A DNA stretch of 64,000 nt from positions 1-64,000 of the IMG/VR virus record IMGVR_UViG_3300046747_000551; one strand, written 5' to 3'. The notes beneath the pieces are model-generated. The model made no database searches and had not been told where the DNA came from. It was given only the letters and a program-made list of their open reading frames with translations. Of the stretch, positions 62,876 to 64,000 are shown one piece after another. Numbering within the stretch: the stretch's first letter is position 1; every line of letters begins with the position of its first letter. Both the position numbers and the translations under genes were made by a program. This DNA is from a virus.

Positions 62876-64000
62876 AGCCCGGTTCCCGTCGAGATGATGA
62901 TGGGCAGCGCCAGCTCCAGCTGCCGGGCCGCTTTTCGCCGTGCCGTCGTGGTCGCGATTTTGTCGGCGTCCTGCTGGCTGATGACCGATTCGCCGTAGCC
63001 GGTGCCCACTTCCGTGATGCCCTGCTCCGTAATAGTCACCGTCTGGTTGCTCGTAAACAGCGGGATGCTCGCGTTCAGTTCTTCGATGCTATCCGAAGAT
63101 GCCCCGTCGAATCGGACGAAGTTTTGCTCTGGCCCTTCATCGACTTCGCAGCGTCCAGAGAGTTCTTTGTTCGGGCTGACCGAGCCCGGGGTCCCCGGTG
63201 CAGGCTCCATATAAATGCGGACTCCGCGCACTGCACCAGGACCAGAGACCACAATGAGAAGCTGAAAAGATTCATCGAGAAAATCGAGTTTGAACGACTC
63301 CACGTCGCACGACGACAGGTCCTCGGCCGAGGCGAGTTCCTTGGCGTCCTGCGTGCGCAGGGGCCGCGTTTGTTTCTTGAACGCGAACATTTTTTCGCTG
63401 CTCTTGATTTTGTGTCCCTGACGAATGGAGCCACGCGGCGCCTCAATTCGTTTCGTCATCAGCCGTTTGTAGCGGCCCCTATACGGTCCGGCCCAGAAGA
63501 CCGCAATGTCCACAGTGCCCGATAACTCGGACAAAAAGATGTCAGCGTAGCGCACGGTTTTATCCCGAAGCGGCACGTCCGCCGAGAACGCGCGCGTCTC
63601 GCCATACCACGTAATCGGGCAGCCGTCGTCCAGGCGGTCGGGGATGAACGCCTCCCACAACCGGTTCTGGCCGTCAAAATCAGCGCTGGCGAAAAAGATT
63701 CGGTTCGAGCCGGCGAACACTCCGTAGAGCCACTCCACCGGGCGCGTCCCCGTCCACACGGAGTTCCAGGCGAAGGGCGATTTCTGGTCCTTCTTCTGCC
63801 ACGTCGCGCCGTCCAGGCACCACGTATGCGTGTTCAGCTTGTCGCAGTAGGGCACCGACAGGAGCAGGTAGTTTTCGAAAAAGCCCGCGGCGATGCCGCT
63901 GAGGTCGCCCCCGAGCCGGGATTTGCTGTCCGCCATCTCGTTGTCTTCGTAGGGCGTGACGGACGTTTGACGGGTGACCTCGGCCGCGTTGATGTTGGTC
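62872..64000 (-). CDS. probable tail tubular / DNA-stabilisation protein (P22 gp10 / T7 gp12-like), C-terminal part
   Basis: The frame stays open to the window edge. Beta-propeller-like pattern (FENYLLLSVP, AWNSVWTG) and position upstream of the GNAT and ejection genes. Confidence 0.55.
   Translation of the reverse strand, partial: TNINAAEVTRQTSVTPYEDNEMADSKSRLGGDLSGIAAGFFENYLLLSVPYCDKLNTHTWCLDGATWQKKDQKSPFAWNSVWTGTRPVEWLYGVFAGSNRIFFASADFDGQNRLWEAFIPDRLDDGCPITWYGETRAFSADVPLRDKTVRYADIFLSELSGTVDIAVFWAGPYRGRYKRLMTKRIEAPRGSIRQGHKIKSSEKMFAFKKQTRPLRTQDAKELASAEDLSSCDVESFKLDFLDESFQLLIVVSGPGAVRGVRIYMEPAPGTPGSVSPNKELSGRCEVDEGPEQNFVRFDGASSDSIEELNASIPLFTSNQTVTITEQGITEVGTGYGESVISQQDADKIATTTARRKAARQLELALPIIISTGTGL

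Overview
This window is most of a GC-rich tailed dsDNA bacteriophage genome with a podovirus-like gene order and no tape-measure gene visible. No host genes are recognisable. Layout: (1) 1-16030, minus strand: putative small terminase, small accessory genes, a serine recombinase, large terminase, portal, scaffold, a four-gene glycosylation insert (three glycosyltransferase-like genes plus GDP-L-fucose synthase) and the 5' part of the probable major capsid gene. (2) ~16030-16270: a divergent switch region with a perfect 36-bp inverted repeat. (3) 16272-45390, plus strand: many small early genes, a ~180-nt tRNA-like RNA, SNF2 helicase, nucleotide-pool enzymes, Cas4-like exonuclease, SSB-like protein, a histone-fold-like protein, a split family A DNA polymerase, primase-helicase, a phage sigma-70 factor, RuvC, a metallophosphoesterase and a GT4 glycosyltransferase. 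(4) 45360-64000, minus strand: tail and internal virion genes, including a collagen fibre and a 2627-aa polyvalent protein. The strongest leads are: a promoter motif TTGACA-N16-CACT found 13 times (15 with CACC variants), matching a phage sigma factor that keeps the -35 helix but has a rewritten -10 region; a fucose/glycosyltransferase cassette inside the head operon; two structured non-coding RNA candidates; and a giant modular protein punctuated by GYLP-type motifs. All protein calls come from motif recognition by eye; no database searches were run. A Verrucomicrobiota/PVC host is only a weak impression.
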